From an uncultured Acidobacteriota bacterium (GTDB lineage: Bacteria; Acidobacteriota; UBA6911): DNA of 64,000 nt. Within the stretch, counting starts at the first letter, position 1; every line of letters begins with the position of its first letter. This document shows, piece after piece, positions 1 through 9,250 of the stretch. Made by a program: the position numbers and the translations under genes. Under the pieces are notes generated by a model. It was given only the letters and a program-made list of their open reading frames with translations, made no database searches and had not been told where the DNA came from. The DNA lies in the NCBI GenBank assembly GCA_963843575.1, contig CAWJKZ010000014.1, positions 96,001-160,000 on the forward strand, in the 5' to 3' direction.

Positions 1-390
1 GCGATGTTCGGTTCCGGAGGCGTGAATGGCGGCCAGCCCGTCTGCCATGGCGAGCGCGATATCCAAGGCCGTGCGCCAGGGCAGGGACTTCCCGTCGAGG
101 TGTTGCTCCAGAGTCCTGCCGCGCAAGAAAGGGCTCACAACGAAGAAATCGTCGTTGTCGTCGCCGATTTCCAGGATGGGGCAGACCGCCGGGTGGCGAA
201 CCTGGCTTGCCGAGAGCAAGCACTGCAGGAATCTCTCGCGGCGCTCGGCGTTGAACAGAACGTTCGAGCGGACCAGTTTCACCGCGACGAAGCGCCCCTC
301 GGACGGGTCCTCGGCCTTGTAGACGGTCCCCATGCTGCCCGTCCCGAGGGTTTCAACGATGGTGTACTTGCCAAGTCTCTCGCCAATCAT
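1..390 (-). CDS. Ser/Thr protein kinase (Hanks-type), N-terminal part; runs off the window start
   Basis: Not in the ORF track. Manual minus-strand translation from ATG at 390 gives MIGERLGKYTIVETLGTGSMGTVYKAEDPSEGRFVAVKLV...HPAVCPILEIG...LAAIHASGTEHR, with the Gly-rich loop, VAVK lysine and the start of the HRD motif. The + ORF 4..432 is its antisense shadow. Confidence 0.88.
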   Translation of the reverse strand, partial: MIGERLGKYTIVETLGTGSMGTVYKAEDPSEGRFVAVKLVRSNVLFNAERRERFLQCLLSASQVRHPAVCPILEIGDDNDDFFVVSPFLRGRTLEQHLDGKSLPWRTALDIALAMADGLAAIHASGTEHR

Positions 391-621
391 GGGTCAGAGG
401 CCGCGGAGGGACTTCAGGCGTTCTGGAGTTGACGCATGATGAGATGCCCCTGAGGTCGTCTGCACTGTTAGATTCGCACACGCCGCACCCTCCTGTCCAG
501 CAGCGATTGGCCGCGAAGCCGCGCGCCGGGGCGGGGCGCGGCGGGGCGTCCCGACGGCGGGAACCGGCGCGGGGCTAAACTCGATCCGCCGGTCGGACGA
601 TATGCGGCAGGGAGGAGCTGT

Positions 622-1578
622 ATGGAACTGGCGCATCCCGATCTCGGACGGAATTCCCCTGTCGTCGAGAAGACCACTGTGCGGGGACGTTCGCTGCGGG
701 GCATCCTCGAAGCGCACGCACTCTGGCTTCAGAAAGAGGGGGGCGAGAGGGCAAACCTGGTCGGCGCGGTCCTGGCGGACATGGACCTGCAGGGGATCGA
801 TTTGCGCCGGGCCGACCTGCGGGGCGCCTCGTTTGTCGAGTCGAACCTCTCCCACGCCGACCTGAGCGGCTGCGACCTCGCACAGGCGGACTTCCGAAAA
901 GCCCAACTGCTCGGGAGCGACTTCGGCGCCGCCGCCCTGACCGGGGCTGACTTCCAGTATTGCTGGCTGGCTCAGGCGAATTTCGCCGACGCCCAGTTAT
1001 CGGGCGCGAGGTTCCGCCGGGCGAGCCTGCGCGAGAGCCGATTCATGGGCGCCCGCCTGGAAGGTTGCGACTTTTCCGACACCAACCTTCAGGGGGCGCA
1101 GCTGCACCGCGCCTACGCCGTCGAGTGCAACTTCGCGGAAGCGGATCTCGAGAAGGCAAATTTCCTTTACGCGCGACTGCACCTCTGCCGGTTTGTGGGC
1201 GCCAGACTGGGCCAGGCGTCTTTTGTCTCGGCCCAGGTCCGCAACTGCGATTTCCGCAGCGCCGACGCCTCATCGGCCAGGTTCAGCGAGGCCAACCTGT
1301 CACAGAGCTCCTTCTGCCACGCCGCCCTCTCCGGCTGCGACCTGCGCGACGCCGATCTGCGGGCCGCGGACCTGTCTTACGCCAACCTCACAGACGCGGT
1401 CCTCTCCGGCGCCACCCTGATGGCTTCGGACCTCCGGGGCGCGACTCTGCAGGGAGTGAAACACGCTTCCGCCCGTCAGCTCATGCAGGCGCGCACCGGC
1501 GCCAGCACCACGCTTCCCAGCGGGGCCAAGGGGCCGTACCTCCGCGGTTCCGGAGCCGAATACCCCTCGTGCCGATGA
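622..1578 (+). CDS. Pentapeptide repeat protein
   Basis: Long run of A(D/N)(L/F)xx repeats; N-terminal LEAHALWL...GGERANL motif; GGAGG RBS upstream. Confidence 0.92.
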   Translation: MELAHPDLGRNSPVVEKTTVRGRSLRGILEAHALWLQKEGGERANLVGAVLADMDLQGIDLRRADLRGASFVESNLSHADLSGCDLAQADFRKAQLLGSDFGAAALTGADFQYCWLAQANFADAQLSGARFRRASLRESRFMGARLEGCDFSDTNLQGAQLHRAYAVECNFAEADLEKANFLYARLHLCRFVGARLGQASFVSAQVRNCDFRSADASSARFSEANLSQSSFCHAALSGCDLRDADLRAADLSYANLTDAVLSGATLMASDLRGATLQGVKHASARQLMQARTGASTTLPSGAKGPYLRGSGAEYPSCR

Positions 1579-1666
1579 GCCCCACGGCCGGCCGAACGCC
1601 GACCTTGAAGACTTGAAGGTCTCGAAGCCGCCCGACCCTCACACCGGTCTGCTATCATAATGGGCT

Positions 1667-2194
1667 ATGTCGATACTGAAATTCTTGAAGCTCGATTCGC
1701 CGCGCGGCGCCGCCCCTTCGGTCGAAACCGACACGGTGCGCAAAATCACGGAAGCCCTGGACAAGCTCGATCCCGATCGTGCCCGTTACGTCGCGGCCTT
1801 TGCCTATATCCTTAGCCGGATCGCCCGCGCGGACCTGCGGATCAGTCCCGAGGAAACCCGGGCCATGGAGCGAATCGTGATGGGGCGCGGCGGGCTGCCC
1901 GAAGAGCAGGCCATCATCGTCGTGCAGATGGCGAAATCCCAGAGCACCCTGTTCGGTTCGACCGAGAACTTCCTCGTCACCCGCGAGTTCAACAAGATGG
2001 CGACGCGCGAACAGAAGCTCGCCCTGCTCGAGTGCCTGTTCGCGGTTTCGGCCGCGGATCAGTCGATCTCGACCGTCGAGGACAACGAAGTCAGTCAGAT
2101 CGCCGACGAACTGCGCATCGAACGGCCCGACTTCATCGCCATCCGGTCGTCGTTCCGAAGCCACCTCGCCGTCCTGAAAAAGCCCCAGCCTTGA
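1667..2194 (+). CDS. TerB family (tellurite-resistance-like/DjlA N-terminal) protein
   Basis: IARADLRISPEE and LFAVSAADQSISTVEDNEVSQIADEL motifs typical of the TerB-like fold. Confidence 0.85.
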   Translation: MSILKFLKLDSPRGAAPSVETDTVRKITEALDKLDPDRARYVAAFAYILSRIARADLRISPEETRAMERIVMGRGGLPEEQAIIVVQMAKSQSTLFGSTENFLVTREFNKMATREQKLALLECLFAVSAADQSISTVEDNEVSQIADELRIERPDFIAIRSSFRSHLAVLKKPQP

Positions 2195-2435
2195 CGCCAG
2201 AGGATGGAAGTGTTGGATCTTGTGAGGTCATGGCTCGCCTCGAAGCGCTCAAAGAAGGCTCAAAGAGCTGCCGGCAGGGGCCGCCGATCCCTTCCGTGTC
2301 TTCCGTTTTTTCAGTGGCTTCCGTGACAAGTTGTTTTTCTCGCTGCGACAACGTGCCGCATCGCTGGACTTCGGCCCGGCTTTGGCCTTATAAAACCGCC
2401 TTCAGCCCTTGCAGCTATCATCACGGGAGGAACCC

Positions 2436-4034
2436 ATGCGTTCTCGAGCATTCAGCGCCCTTGCCGTCTTTGTGCTTTGCGCCGGTTACGCTGCCGCCGT
2501 GCGGTCTGCGCCACAAACGACCGACCCGCGGATCGGGCAGCTGAAGGGGGCCGCGGCGGCCGAGGTCGTCAAGATGGCGCGATTCACCCAACAGATGGTC
2601 GACACGATCTTCAGTTTCGCCGAGTTGGGATTCCAGGAAGTCGAGACCTCCCGCTACTGCGTGGACATCCTCCGCAAGAACGGTTTCCAGGTCGAGGAGG
2701 GGATTGCGGGCATGCCGACGGCGTGGATGGCGACCTGGGGCTCCGGCAAGCCCGTCATTGCCTTGGGTTCCGACATTGACGGGCTACCCCAGACCTCGCA
2801 GAAACCCGGGATCGCGTACCGCGCACCTTTTATCGAAGGGGCGCCCGGGCACGGCGAGGGGCACAATTCGGGGCTGCCGCTCAACATCACGGCGGCCCTG
2901 GCAGTGAAAAGGATCATGGAGCGGGAACGCCTCTCTGGCACCCTCAAGCTCTGGCCCGGCGTGGCGGAGGAGCAGCTTGCCGGCAAGGCGCACTACGTCC
3001 GCGCCGGCACGTTCAAGGACGTCGACGTAGTTTTGTTCGCACACGTCGACAGCAGCATGGGCGTGTCCTATGGTTCGAGCTCCTCCAGCGGGCTCGTATC
3101 CGTCGAGTACACCTTTCAGGGGGCCAGCGCGCACGCGGGGGGGTCCCCGTGGCGCGGCCGGAGCGCCCTGGACGCCGTTGAGCTGATGGATGTCGGCTGG
3201 AACTTCCGGCGCGAGCACCTGCGCATCCAGCACCGGTCCCACTACGTCATCACCAACGGCGGTGACCAGCCGAACGTGGTCCCGCCGCTCGCCTCCGTCT
3301 GGTACTTCTTCCGCGAGATGGATTACCCTCACATCAAGGAGCTGTTCGAGATCGGCAACACGATGGCTCAGGGTGCCGCCCTGATGACGGGCACGACCGT
3401 GACGCGGCGTCTGCTCGGTTCGGCCTGGCCCACTTATTTTAACCAGCCGGTTGCGGAAGCGATGCAGGAGAACATCAAGAGCGTCGGCATGCCGCGCTGG
3501 AGCGACGACGATCAGGCCCTGGCCAGGGCGGTGCAAGCCGAAGCCAAGGCGCCGGAGAAAGGGCTCGAAACGGAAGTGGCTAAAATCGGGCTGCCGGTCA
3601 AGGAGGAGGACAAGCGAGGCGGTGGTTCCGACGACATCGGCGACGTCTCGTGGAACGTTCCGACGGTGACCCTGCGATATCCCGCCAACATCCCGGGCCT
3701 GCCGGGTCACAGCTGGCTCAACTCCATCTCGATGGCAACCCCGATCGCACACAAGGGGGTGACCTCGGGCGCCCAAACCATGGCCCTGACCACGCTGGAT
3801 CTGCTGCTCGACCCCGGTCTGATCGCCCGGGCATGGACCTATTTCCGCGACGTCCAGACCAAGGACGTGAGCTACACCTCCTTCCTTGGTGAGGACGACA
3901 AGCCGGCCCTGGACCTGAACCGGAAGACCATGGAACGCTTTCGGCCCGAGATGCGAAAGTTCTACTATGACGCCTCCCGGTACAAGACCTACCTGGAGCA
4001 GTTGGGCATCGCCTACCCGACACTCGGTCGCTGA
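2436..4034 (+). CDS. Secreted M20-family amidohydrolase (AbgB-like)
   Basis: Signal peptide after GGGAGG RBS; motifs ELGFQE, SDIDGLP, GHGEGHN, AEE, GDQPNVVP, GGSDDIGDVSW. Confidence 0.9.
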   Translation: MRSRAFSALAVFVLCAGYAAAVRSAPQTTDPRIGQLKGAAAAEVVKMARFTQQMVDTIFSFAELGFQEVETSRYCVDILRKNGFQVEEGIAGMPTAWMATWGSGKPVIALGSDIDGLPQTSQKPGIAYRAPFIEGAPGHGEGHNSGLPLNITAALAVKRIMERERLSGTLKLWPGVAEEQLAGKAHYVRAGTFKDVDVVLFAHVDSSMGVSYGSSSSSGLVSVEYTFQGASAHAGGSPWRGRSALDAVELMDVGWNFRREHLRIQHRSHYVITNGGDQPNVVPPLASVWYFFREMDYPHIKELFEIGNTMAQGAALMTGTTVTRRLLGSAWPTYFNQPVAEAMQENIKSVGMPRWSDDDQALARAVQAEAKAPEKGLETEVAKIGLPVKEEDKRGGGSDDIGDVSWNVPTVTLRYPANIPGLPGHSWLNSISMATPIAHKGVTSGAQTMALTTLDLLLDPGLIARAWTYFRDVQTKDVSYTSFLGEDDKPALDLNRKTMERFRPEMRKFYYDASRYKTYLEQLGIAYPTLGR

Positions 4035-5455
4035 GGGTTGCGGGGGTGACGGACCGCCCGCGCGACCGTCACCCCCCAGAGTACAACCAGGGAAATGATC
4101 AGTCCCGCGAGGAACGGATTGAGGAGGCGCGGGAGCGCTGCCCCGGCCCCGTAGTTGAGCGCCAGGGTGGCGGGGACCGAGACCGCGATGGCAGCGAGCG
4201 CCGCCGAGGCGCTCGGGCGGGTGGAAAAGAGTCCGGAAATCACCGGCACAAAGAGGGCCACCGTCACGAGGCTGTAGAAGAGGGTCAGAGAGCCTATGAT
4301 CGACGGCATGGTTATCGAAATCGCCACGGCCCCGGCCCCGGCGGCCCCGGCGCTCAGGCGGCTGATGAGCAGCAGCCTGCGTTCGGAGGCGTCGCGGTCG
4401 AGGAAACTGCGGTAGAGATCGATCGTGAGCGACGAGGAGAGCATGAACAGCACCGCGTCGCACGTACTGATTTCCGCCGAAAATATCGCGGCGATCCCCA
4501 GGATCCCGAGCCACAGGGGAAGGTTTTCGGTCATGAGTCTGAATATCGCGTACTGCGGGTCGGCGAGGGAAGGGAAGCGCGCGGCGGCGGCCATGCCCAG
4601 AAGCGCCGGAACGAGGGCATACGCCAGGAGGACGAGTGCGTTGGCGTTTATGCCGCGCCGCGCCGCACTGGCCGACCTGGCGCCGTAGAGCTTCTGCACC
4701 AGTCCGGGGGACACGATGAACGACGGGGTCAGAAGCGCCACGTAATACAACACCCCGGTGGCGCCGATCCCGAAGACGCTCACATACGATGCCCCGCCGG
4801 TCTCTCCCAGGCGCGACGTCATGGTGGCGACAATCGCACCCCAACCGCCGGCCGAAGCCAGCGCGTACCAGGCGGAAAGCCCAAAGCCGCACAGCAGGAC
4901 TATCACCTGGAGCGCGTTCACCCAGGCGGAGCCGAGCAGCCCACCGGCCACGAAATAGGACAGGACGACGACGCCGCTCAGGGTGGATCCGAGCCAGCGC
5001 GGCAACCCGGCGACGACGTCGAACAGGATGGAGAGCGCGATCAACTGCGCGGCCAACAACCCCAGCGAGCCGAACCAGAGGATCGCGGCACAAAGACCGC
5101 GCACCGTGCGGTTGTAGCGGAACTCCAAGAAATCCCCGAGCGTCTGGAGGTCGTTGGCGCGCGCCAGGCGCCAGATGCGGGGGCCGACCGTGTGGGCCAG
5201 GAACAGGCAGCCGATTCCGGCCGAACCGACCCACCACCACGCAGACATCCCGAGGCTGTAGCCGAGGGCTGCGGCCCCCACGGTGGAGCCGGCGCCGATG
5301 TTGGCGGCCAGAAGCGTCGAGAATATGAGGCCGCCACCGAGGCTGCGCCCCGCAACGAGGAAGTCCGAAGCGCGTCGCACCCGGCGCGACAGGACGGCGC
5401 CGACTGCCATCATCACGACTGAATAAATAAGCAGCGCTGCCAGGTACGGGTTCAT
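4013..5455 (-). CDS. Sodium:solute symporter (SSS) family protein
   Basis: About 13 hydrophobic segments; DFLVAGRSL, AANIGAGSTVG, SAEISTCD motifs; start taken at MNPYLAALL. Confidence 0.9.
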   Translation of the reverse strand: MNPYLAALLIYSVVMMAVGAVLSRRVRRASDFLVAGRSLGGGLIFSTLLAANIGAGSTVGAAALGYSLGMSAWWWVGSAGIGCLFLAHTVGPRIWRLARANDLQTLGDFLEFRYNRTVRGLCAAILWFGSLGLLAAQLIALSILFDVVAGLPRWLGSTLSGVVVLSYFVAGGLLGSAWVNALQVIVLLCGFGLSAWYALASAGGWGAIVATMTSRLGETGGASYVSVFGIGATGVLYYVALLTPSFIVSPGLVQKLYGARSASAARRGINANALVLLAYALVPALLGMAAAARFPSLADPQYAIFRLMTENLPLWLGILGIAAIFSAEISTCDAVLFMLSSSLTIDLYRSFLDRDASERRLLLISRLSAGAAGAGAVAISITMPSIIGSLTLFYSLVTVALFVPVISGLFSTRPSASAALAAIAVSVPATLALNYGAGAALPRLLNPFLAGLIISLVVLWGVTVARAVRHPRNPQRPSVG

Positions 5456-5542
5456 GTCGCGGGTGAAGGTACGCGAATCGGACCGCATTTGCAATGACCC
5501 CGGCCCTCGGGCGGAACTTGCTCAGGCCGGTCATGCGGGTCA

Positions 5543-5830
5543 TTCATCGAGGCGAGAGCCGACGACACGATCAAGGTCGCCGGGAAGCGCACGGGTCCGG
5601 TGGAGGTCGAGGCGGCGTTCATGGTCGACGCCAGGGTCTCCGAGACCGCGGCCATCGGTGTGCCCGACGAGATCAAGGGGGAGGCTATTGTCTGCTTTGC
5701 AGTCTTGCGGTCCGGGTACGCAGGGAGTGAAGAGGTGGAGCGAGAGCTGATCGGGACCGTCGTAAAGGGCCTGGGCAAGACGCTGCGGCCGGCCCGAGTG
5801 CCCTTTGTCCCGGCGCTGCCGCCCACCTAA
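5543..5830 (+). pseudogene. Remnant of an acyl-CoA synthetase (AMP-binding C-terminal domain only)
   Basis: Frame reads FIEARADDTIKVAGKRTGPVEVEAA...AAIGVPDEIKGEAIVCF...ALPPT*. There is an in-frame TGA at 5495 upstream, no N-terminal domain, and the terminal KTRxGK catalytic-lysine motif is missing. Confidence 0.75.
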
Positions 5831-6690
5831 AACAGGGTTTGGGCGAGACGCTTTCGGAATTCCTCCGACAGATCGCTGCGCTCGCCTGCCAGCGTGAAGA
5901 CAGTGAGCATCGCCTTGCGGGCGGCCTGGTCGTTGAAACTCCTGTCCCGGGACACCACGTGCAGGAACTCCTCGAGCGCACCGCGGTAATCGCCTTCGAT
6001 GGCGAGACAGCACCCGTGGCCGTAGCGCGCCTCGAGGTTTTCGGGCTCGGCGGAGGCGAACGCCGCCCAGTCAGCGGGGCTTCGGCCGGAACGGCAGACC
6101 GCCTCGAATTCCAGCACGCGCTTCATCGTCTGGGCCTGCTCCCAGAGCTCGCTGCCCGCGGGTATCCGGTCCCACTGCGCCCTCGCCTCGTCCGCCTTGC
6201 CGTTCAGGAGGAGGACCCGGCCGAGTTCGAACAGCGCGGCGGCATGCGACGGGTCCAGCGCCAGCGTTTCGCGGAGCAACGCAAGCGCGCGCCCGGTCGC
6301 GCCGTCGCGCAGTTCGGTTACGGCGGCGTCATATTTCAGGTCGGCCGCGGAAGGGCAGTGGCGCCGGAGGAACGCCCTGACCTCGTCCTCGGGCAGGGCG
6401 CCGAAGAACTCGTCGACCAGCTCCCCGTCCCTGAAGACCTTCACGTTTGGGATACTCTGGATGCGGAAGCGCAGCGCGAGCTCCGTGTTGGATTCGGTGT
6501 CGACCTTGGCGAGGAGGAAGTTCCCCTCGAATTCATCGGCCAGCCGCTCCAGGATCGGACCGAGAATCCGGCACGGCCCGCACCAGGGAGCCCAGAAATC
6601 GACCACCACCGGCCGCTTTCGGGATTCCTCGATGACCGATGCCTGAAAATCGCCCGCTGCAACATCTTTTGTGTGCGTTGTTGTCGCCAC
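5827..6690 (-). CDS. cnoX: Thioredoxin-TPR chaperedoxin (YbbN/CnoX family)
   Basis: DFWAPWCGPC thioredoxin motif followed by TPR helices and C-terminal ARKAML..F...FRKRLAQTLF; probable GTG start at 6690 with GGAG RBS. Confidence 0.88.
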   Translation of the reverse strand: MATTTHTKDVAAGDFQASVIEESRKRPVVVDFWAPWCGPCRILGPILERLADEFEGNFLLAKVDTESNTELALRFRIQSIPNVKVFRDGELVDEFFGALPEDEVRAFLRRHCPSAADLKYDAAVTELRDGATGRALALLRETLALDPSHAAALFELGRVLLLNGKADEARAQWDRIPAGSELWEQAQTMKRVLEFEAVCRSGRSPADWAAFASAEPENLEARYGHGCCLAIEGDYRGALEEFLHVVSRDRSFNDQAARKAMLTVFTLAGERSDLSEEFRKRLAQTLF

Positions 6691-6818
6691 GGCTTGCTCC
6701 TGCCTGGAAGGAACTAGCGGACCATGCCCCGGGCCGCCGTGCAATAAACAATAGCACAGTCCGGATCCAGCGGCCGGGGGGGCCTGGAGGAATGCGACGC
6801 GGGCGCAAGTCGAGTTGA

Positions 6819-6847
6819 TTGACTTCGATAGAGTGTCGCGTCATACT
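6819..6847 (+). promoter_or_regulatory. Putative sigma70 promoter for the oxidoreductase
   Basis: TTGACT-N17-CATACT about 90 bp upstream of the CDS. Confidence 0.5.
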
Positions 6848-6932
6848 CCCCCCTGTCGTTTCCAGGTCTTAATTCCCCGGCGGGACCCACGCAGGGCTTC
6901 TACCGCTTCATCCTTCGCCACGCGAGGAGGAT

Positions 6933-8285
6933 TTGACAATGCCATTTGACAGGATTAACCGCAGGGAGTTCATGCAGAGGAGCGCCCTGACCGGCGCTGC
7001 CCTCGGGATGGCCATGGACGAGGTGAAAGGCGAGCCCGTCGCCCCGGTGGCAGCCAACGACCGGATCACGGTCGGCATGATCGGGGTCGGCGCCCGGGCT
7101 CACCAGCTGATCGAGGCGATCCGAGTCCTGCCGAACACCGAGATCGTCGCCGTCTGCGATGCCTACAAGGGGCGCATCGAACGGGCCATCGAGCGCACCG
7201 CCGGGCGCGCGAAGGCCTACCGCGACTACAAGCAAATCCTCGGCGACAAGTCGATCGACACGGTGGTCATCGCCACACCCGACCACCACCACGCCTACAT
7301 GGCCATCGAGGCGCTCCAGGCCGGCAAGGACGTCTACATCGAGAAGCCGCTGACCTACACCGTCGACGAAGGCAACACCATCATCGCCGAAGTCAAGAAG
7401 ACCGGGCGCGTGCTGCAGGTCGGCAGCCAGGGGATCAGCTCGCGCATCCAGCAGAAGGCCCGCGAGATCATCGCCTCCGGGAAGCTCGGACAGATCACGA
7501 CGTTGCGCGCGCACTTCAACCGGAACACGGCAAGCGGCGCATGGATCTACCCGATCCCACCCGACGCCTCCCCCGAGACCGTGAACTGGGAGATGTTTCT
7601 GGGCAGCGCCCCCAAGAGGCCGGTGGACTACGCACGTTTCTTCCGGTGGAGATGCTACCAGGACTACTCGGGCGGGATCGCTACCGATCTCTTTGTCCAC
7701 CTCGCCACGAGCATCCACTACATGATGAACGCCAAAATGCCCGCCCAGGTCATGGCGATGTCCCAGCTGTACCGGTGGAAGGAAACCCGGGACGTTCCGG
7801 ATACGATCAACGCCGTTTTGGAGTACCCGGAGGGTTTCGTCGCCAACCTGAGCGGCACATTCAACAGCCAGGGGAGTTCCGAAAGCGGCTTCCAGATCCT
7901 GGGAACCAAGGGGAGCCTCGTGGTCGGCGAAACGGTGACCTTCTACCCGGAAGCGGTCAACGAGGACAATCGCTGGATCGTCGACAGCTGGCCGACGGCG
8001 ATGGAAGACGCCTATTTCAAGAATCCGAAGATCAAGGCGGAAGAACTGCCCGGTACCCGCGAGCCGGAAGTGACAATGAGCCAGGAACAGTACAGGGAAA
8101 TTGGTCTCGATCCGACGGTGCTGCACTTCCGGACGTTCTTCGCCTCGGTGCAGTCTCGCAAACAGCCGCCGGAAGATGCCCTCACCGGGCACCGCGCCGC
8201 TGCCCTGGCGCACCTGGTGAACAAGTCGGCACGGGAAAAGAGGCTGGTGAGCTGGGATTTTGCCAGGGAGAGCGTCAAGGCCTGA
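6933..8285 (+). CDS. Tat-exported Gfo/Idh/MocA family oxidoreductase
   Basis: NRREFM twin-arginine signal; GMIGVGAR Rossmann motif; IATPDHHH; DVYIEKP. Confidence 0.92.
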   Translation: MTMPFDRINRREFMQRSALTGAALGMAMDEVKGEPVAPVAANDRITVGMIGVGARAHQLIEAIRVLPNTEIVAVCDAYKGRIERAIERTAGRAKAYRDYKQILGDKSIDTVVIATPDHHHAYMAIEALQAGKDVYIEKPLTYTVDEGNTIIAEVKKTGRVLQVGSQGISSRIQQKAREIIASGKLGQITTLRAHFNRNTASGAWIYPIPPDASPETVNWEMFLGSAPKRPVDYARFFRWRCYQDYSGGIATDLFVHLATSIHYMMNAKMPAQVMAMSQLYRWKETRDVPDTINAVLEYPEGFVANLSGTFNSQGSSESGFQILGTKGSLVVGETVTFYPEAVNEDNRWIVDSWPTAMEDAYFKNPKIKAEELPGTREPEVTMSQEQYREIGLDPTVLHFRTFFASVQSRKQPPEDALTGHRAAALAHLVNKSAREKRLVSWDFARESVKA

Positions 8286-8542
8286 CTCATCGAAACCGAA
8301 CGGCTCGCATGATGTCGCCCGCGGCCGATTTTCAGCAGGCCGCGCAGGGACTCGTCCCGGTGCAGCCGGGTGACGGCAGGGGGACCGATCAGGCTGCCGC
8401 ATCGAGAGTCGCACGTCCACACAGGATCGTGTAGTAGAATGGGTTTTGGAGCACCCGCCCCAAGTCGTCGGGGTTCCGTGGCAGCCGAGACGCCCCCAAG
8501 ATCGGCGGCGCGGCATGCCGGGGCTTGGGCGGATGCGGACGC

Positions 8543-9058
8543 ATGACAATGGAACCGAGAAGTCAACGCCGCGTAACACGCGATCGCAAGAAGAACAGGA
8601 TCCCGCTTTCCAAACTCCGCACCGCCGAGGTGGTCCGGACGGTTGTCGATCACCCGCGCCGTCTTCAGGAACTGCTGACGCTTCTGGAGGACCCGGACAG
8701 GACGGTGCGCGGCCGCGCCGCGGCGACCCTGGCGCGCCTGTCCGATTCCCACTCCGCCAGGCTCCTTCGCATCGTGGATCGGCTCAAAGACAACCTCGTC
8801 GACGAGTCTGCGTATGTCCGTTGGCACCTCGCCTATGTGCTGGGGCGGGTCGGGTCGGACTACCCATCCTGCGCGCCCCGCTTTCTCTCCGAGTTGCGCG
8901 ACCGGCTCGAAGACGAGAACCGCATCGTGCGCGGGCTAGCCGCCAAGGCCATCGAGCGTGTCGCCGAGCGGAGACCGCAGGTGGTCCAGGAGGCGTTTGG
9001 GGCTGCAAAAAAGGACGCTCCGGCCCTCATCGCGCGCCATTTCTCGAAAAAACCGTAG
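8543..9058 (+). CDS. HEAT-repeat protein
   Basis: Three LxDxxxxVRxxAAxxL repeats (LEDPDRTVRGRAA, LVDESAYVRWHLA, LEDENRIVRGLAA). Confidence 0.8.
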   Translation: MTMEPRSQRRVTRDRKKNRIPLSKLRTAEVVRTVVDHPRRLQELLTLLEDPDRTVRGRAAATLARLSDSHSARLLRIVDRLKDNLVDESAYVRWHLAYVLGRVGSDYPSCAPRFLSELRDRLEDENRIVRGLAAKAIERVAERRPQVVQEAFGAAKKDAPALIARHFSKKP

Positions 9059-9169
9059 CCGGCCCAGCCCAGGGCACAGAGCCGCGGACGACACCAGCAC
9101 TGCGGAACCCGCCTGCAATCTTCTCAGAACCCGCGTTCGGGAAAGCGGCCAGCGCATTCCTCAAAAACC

Positions 9170-9196
9170 GGAACAAGTCGGGATCTGGGACGTAGT
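9170..9196 (+). promoter_or_regulatory. Putative ECF sigma-factor promoter
   Basis: GGAAC-N16-CGTAGT about 55 bp upstream of the operon's first ATG. Confidence 0.4.
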
Positions 9197-9250
9197 TATG
9201 CTCGAAAGCTGTTGTGTTGTTTCCGGTGTGGTTTGCCGGGTTTCGCGAGG

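Noticed and set aside
2784-5543. Long alternative ORFs (919 aa here; also 42614..45112, 54729..57323, 28071..29684, 61925..63535)
   Set aside because: Antisense or off-frame shadows of well-supported genes, expected in high-GC DNA; no recognisable motifs.
8286-8540. Possible small ORF or ncRNA in the gap after the oxidoreductase
   Set aside because: Only short GC-rich hairpins; no recognisable RNA family, RBS-supported ORF or terminal repeats.
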